A stretch of 64,000 bases of DNA, from assembly GCF_006345805.1 (NCBI RefSeq), contig NC_043010.1:43586001-43650000 (forward strand), in the 5' to 3' direction. The position numbers and the translations under genes are program-made. The first letter of the stretch is position 1; the number at the start of each line of letters is the position of its first letter. Shown one piece after another: positions 61,560-64,000 of this stretch. Origin of the DNA: Octopus sinensis (Eukaryota). Under the pieces are notes generated by a model. That model searched no databases. It was not told where the DNA came from and saw only the letters and a list, made by a program, of their open reading frames with translations.

Positions 61560-64000
61560 CTAAAACTTGAGTGATACACACACAACATCATGGTTGGAAA
61601 AGTAACAGTCTGTTACGGTGACTTCTGGACGCCGATCCTGGTTCTCATAAACATGATCTAGCAGGCTTCCATAGTCGGTGGTGGGTTTTTGGACTAGTTG
61701 TCAAGATCTCATGGTTAGGGGAATCAAAGAGATCCACGTTGAAATCACCAAGAACGATGGTCAGGTGATTCCTTGGCAAAGATCTTATAATATGATGCAG
61801 GCTGGTGAGGTAAAGAGCAACTGGTACGGAAGGAGATCTGTAAATAGTGATGATATTGATTTTTGTTGACGAGATGGTCACCCCGACAGCGGTATACTCT
61901 ACGCTACTGACATTCAAACGTATATCCGTAGGGGCGATCTCATGCTTGGCATCAGTTATCACCCCCACCTCCACGTCCCAATGCAGCAGGCCTGTCTGCT
62001 CTAGTGATCTTCGACTGCGGTAGGATGGATGCTACTTGTTGATTCTGCTTCAAGAACGTTTCCACGAAACAAAACACATCAACATTTTGAAGAGTGTTGT
62101 CCGCTTTCAAGTCTTGTTCATGTTCAAAGTAGGACCTGATATTGAGCAGTCTGATCTGCAGTCCTCCGTGAGAAACTCTGGGAGCATCAGAAGGCAAAGT
62201 TTCAGACAACGTTTGCTGTCGAAGCCTGTCGATTTCAAGAACAACAGATGGAATAGTGCGGATTGCACTGACATCAAATCCAAGCAAGAAGAGGCCACTC
62301 AAGTGTTGGACACGACTCAAGGCAAAATACGCCTGACCAGGCATGAAGGAACCTTTTCCTTGCATGGCAACAACAATCTTATCCATGGTCTTGCCCTGGA
62401 CTTTATGTATGGTGCAACCCCAGGCCAGTGAGAGAGGAAATTGCGAACGCTTTGCCTCCACAGATCGTCTACCCCTCCCGGCATAGAACTGAACATCCAG
62501 TCGTTTGATGGGAACTACTCCCGGGAATGACTTCTTGTACTGGTTGTCAGCGATGGCCTGCTTACCTACCCGTTCACTGTTAAATTTGACGAGGATTGTA
62601 TGGACGTCACTACCGGTGTTGTCGATCCCAACATCTGTGCCACAGATGCCATTTGCCAGACCGTCAGAGACGTCTATGTTGACAGGTATCATCACTCTAG
62701 CGCTAACTGCTACAGACACTACTTCCCTGGGGCCGCCAGTGTCTGACGCCTTAGTGGAAATGGTAACATCAATAAGGCCAGTCTGGACGCCTTTCTTTTT
62801 GGTCGATAGCTTTGATGTCATAAATCGGATCAAGCAGCTTGAGGTGTTCTGTGTTGTGTTCATCAATCTCTTTGTTCGTCTTAAACATGTGAAGGGTGCT
62901 CACTGGGTAGTCAGTGTCTTCTTTCTTTGGCGATGACTCTGGTCTTAAGCAAGGTTATATCATCTTCCGTGCAGGTGGCTGTCCTGACCCTCATCAACAA
63001 TTGGGCAAAACGTTGATCGTCCTTTTGTCGCATGCTCTCTGTGAGTTCCATCAATTTGAAATTTTCCTCCCACAGAGATCCATGCAAACGGGTGTAGTTG
63101 TCTCTCGGGAGGCCAAAGACGTGATTCTGGCCTACAGGTTGCAGTTGGTAGAGATCCCCAACGGCCATCACACTGACTCCTCCAAATCGGGAATCTTGGT
63201 CAGAGTTCCCACAGATGTATTGGAGTCGGCGATGGATGTAGTTGAGGAAGTCAGCTCCAACGAAACGAACATGAAGCTCTGAGCGATTACCCGACACCTC
63301 TGGAGCTAGATAGACATTTCTTAATTGATCTTCCTGTGGGAGCTCCCTTTCTTGTACAACACCTTCGTTTTCTTCTTCTGCATGTTGGAACTCCACATTT
63401 GGGGCCACAGCATCCCAGGCATCCTCGGGAGGACTCATCCTTTTCAAATCGTCATAGGCTCTGTCCAGTTCATCAGCGTTAACACTGAACATGGCTTCGT
63501 TAGAATGGATAGTAGCTTCGACGCTTTCGTAGTGTTCTTGGTAGATGGATAGTCAACTTTCAAATCAATTTCTTCATCTCGCCATGGATAGTAAAGAATC
63601 AACAGGTTCCTGTATCTGCCTTCTCCTTCCTTCTTTTCTTTGTGGAACCTTATGATGCAGCGGTAGAGCGATAACTTTCGCGAGTTTGTCTGCAATTTCT
63701 TCGGTATCTGAGTTATTGCCACCACCTTCGATGTCATCACATCCGTGTAAAACATCAGAGATGTGGTCAGCTGCATCATCAGGAGCATCTTTTCCTCCAA
63801 TTGTGTAAGTGGCTGCAAATTCTGCAAAGCACATATCTTCGAGGGCATCAGGTCGCATGGCACAGCGGTCAAAGGGTGACTTACAAAAGATATCTTCATC
63901 GTCTTCGTCCATACCTTCAAGGATCTTCTGCGGCTTAAGCATGGACACACCTTTGCCTTTTGGTGCAGTGTTGATAAACACCACTTTTCGCCTGGCCCTC
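61560..64000 (-). mobile_element. Helentron (Helitron2) pseudogene: Rep-helicase linker, PIF1 helicase, AP endonuclease; continues beyond the window
   Basis: VFINT..IFCKSPFDR..RPDALEDMCFAEFAATY; FGGVSVMAVGDLYQLQPV; LTESMRQKDD; VSDGLANG; QFPLSLAWGCTIHKVQGKT; GQAYFALSRV; LLNIRS..VFCFVETFL; IYRSP; VLGDFNVD; GSLLDHVY..DCYFSNHD. Frameshifts present. Confidence 0.93.

Overview
Eukaryotic, AT-rich, microsatellite-dense non-coding DNA. The SINE families and repeat landscape look like an octopus/coleoid cephalopod genome (inferred from pattern recognition, no database search). I found no host protein-coding gene, real tRNA/rRNA gene or CRISPR array; most listed ORFs are microsatellite artefacts. The window is a transposable-element graveyard: (1) many tRNA-derived SINEs from about four families plus one 5S-derived SINE head; (2) Penelope-like elements, including two related Neptune-like copies head-to-head at 15.4-21.1 kb; (3) R4/Dong, CR1/L2-like, Tx1/L1-like and RTE LINE fragments, and Gypsy remnants; (4) a DD36E Tc1 element with a 3'-LTR fragment inserted inside a 153-bp duplication, plus mariner/maT remnants; (5) a 3.2-kb hAT with a perfect 8-bp TSD, a non-autonomous hAT-Charlie, a non-autonomous Helitron, and a decayed Helentron (PIF1 helicase + AP endonuclease) running off the right edge. 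The most notable signal is ribozyme-related. A complete type I hammerhead occurs twice, identical and inverted (33528-33591 minus, 34042-34105 plus), inside a non-coding ~492-bp tandem/inverted unit (retrozyme- or Penelope pLTR-like). Several minimal hammerhead motifs also mark Penelope 3' ends. All coordinates and alignments were read by eye, so ends may be off by a few bases.
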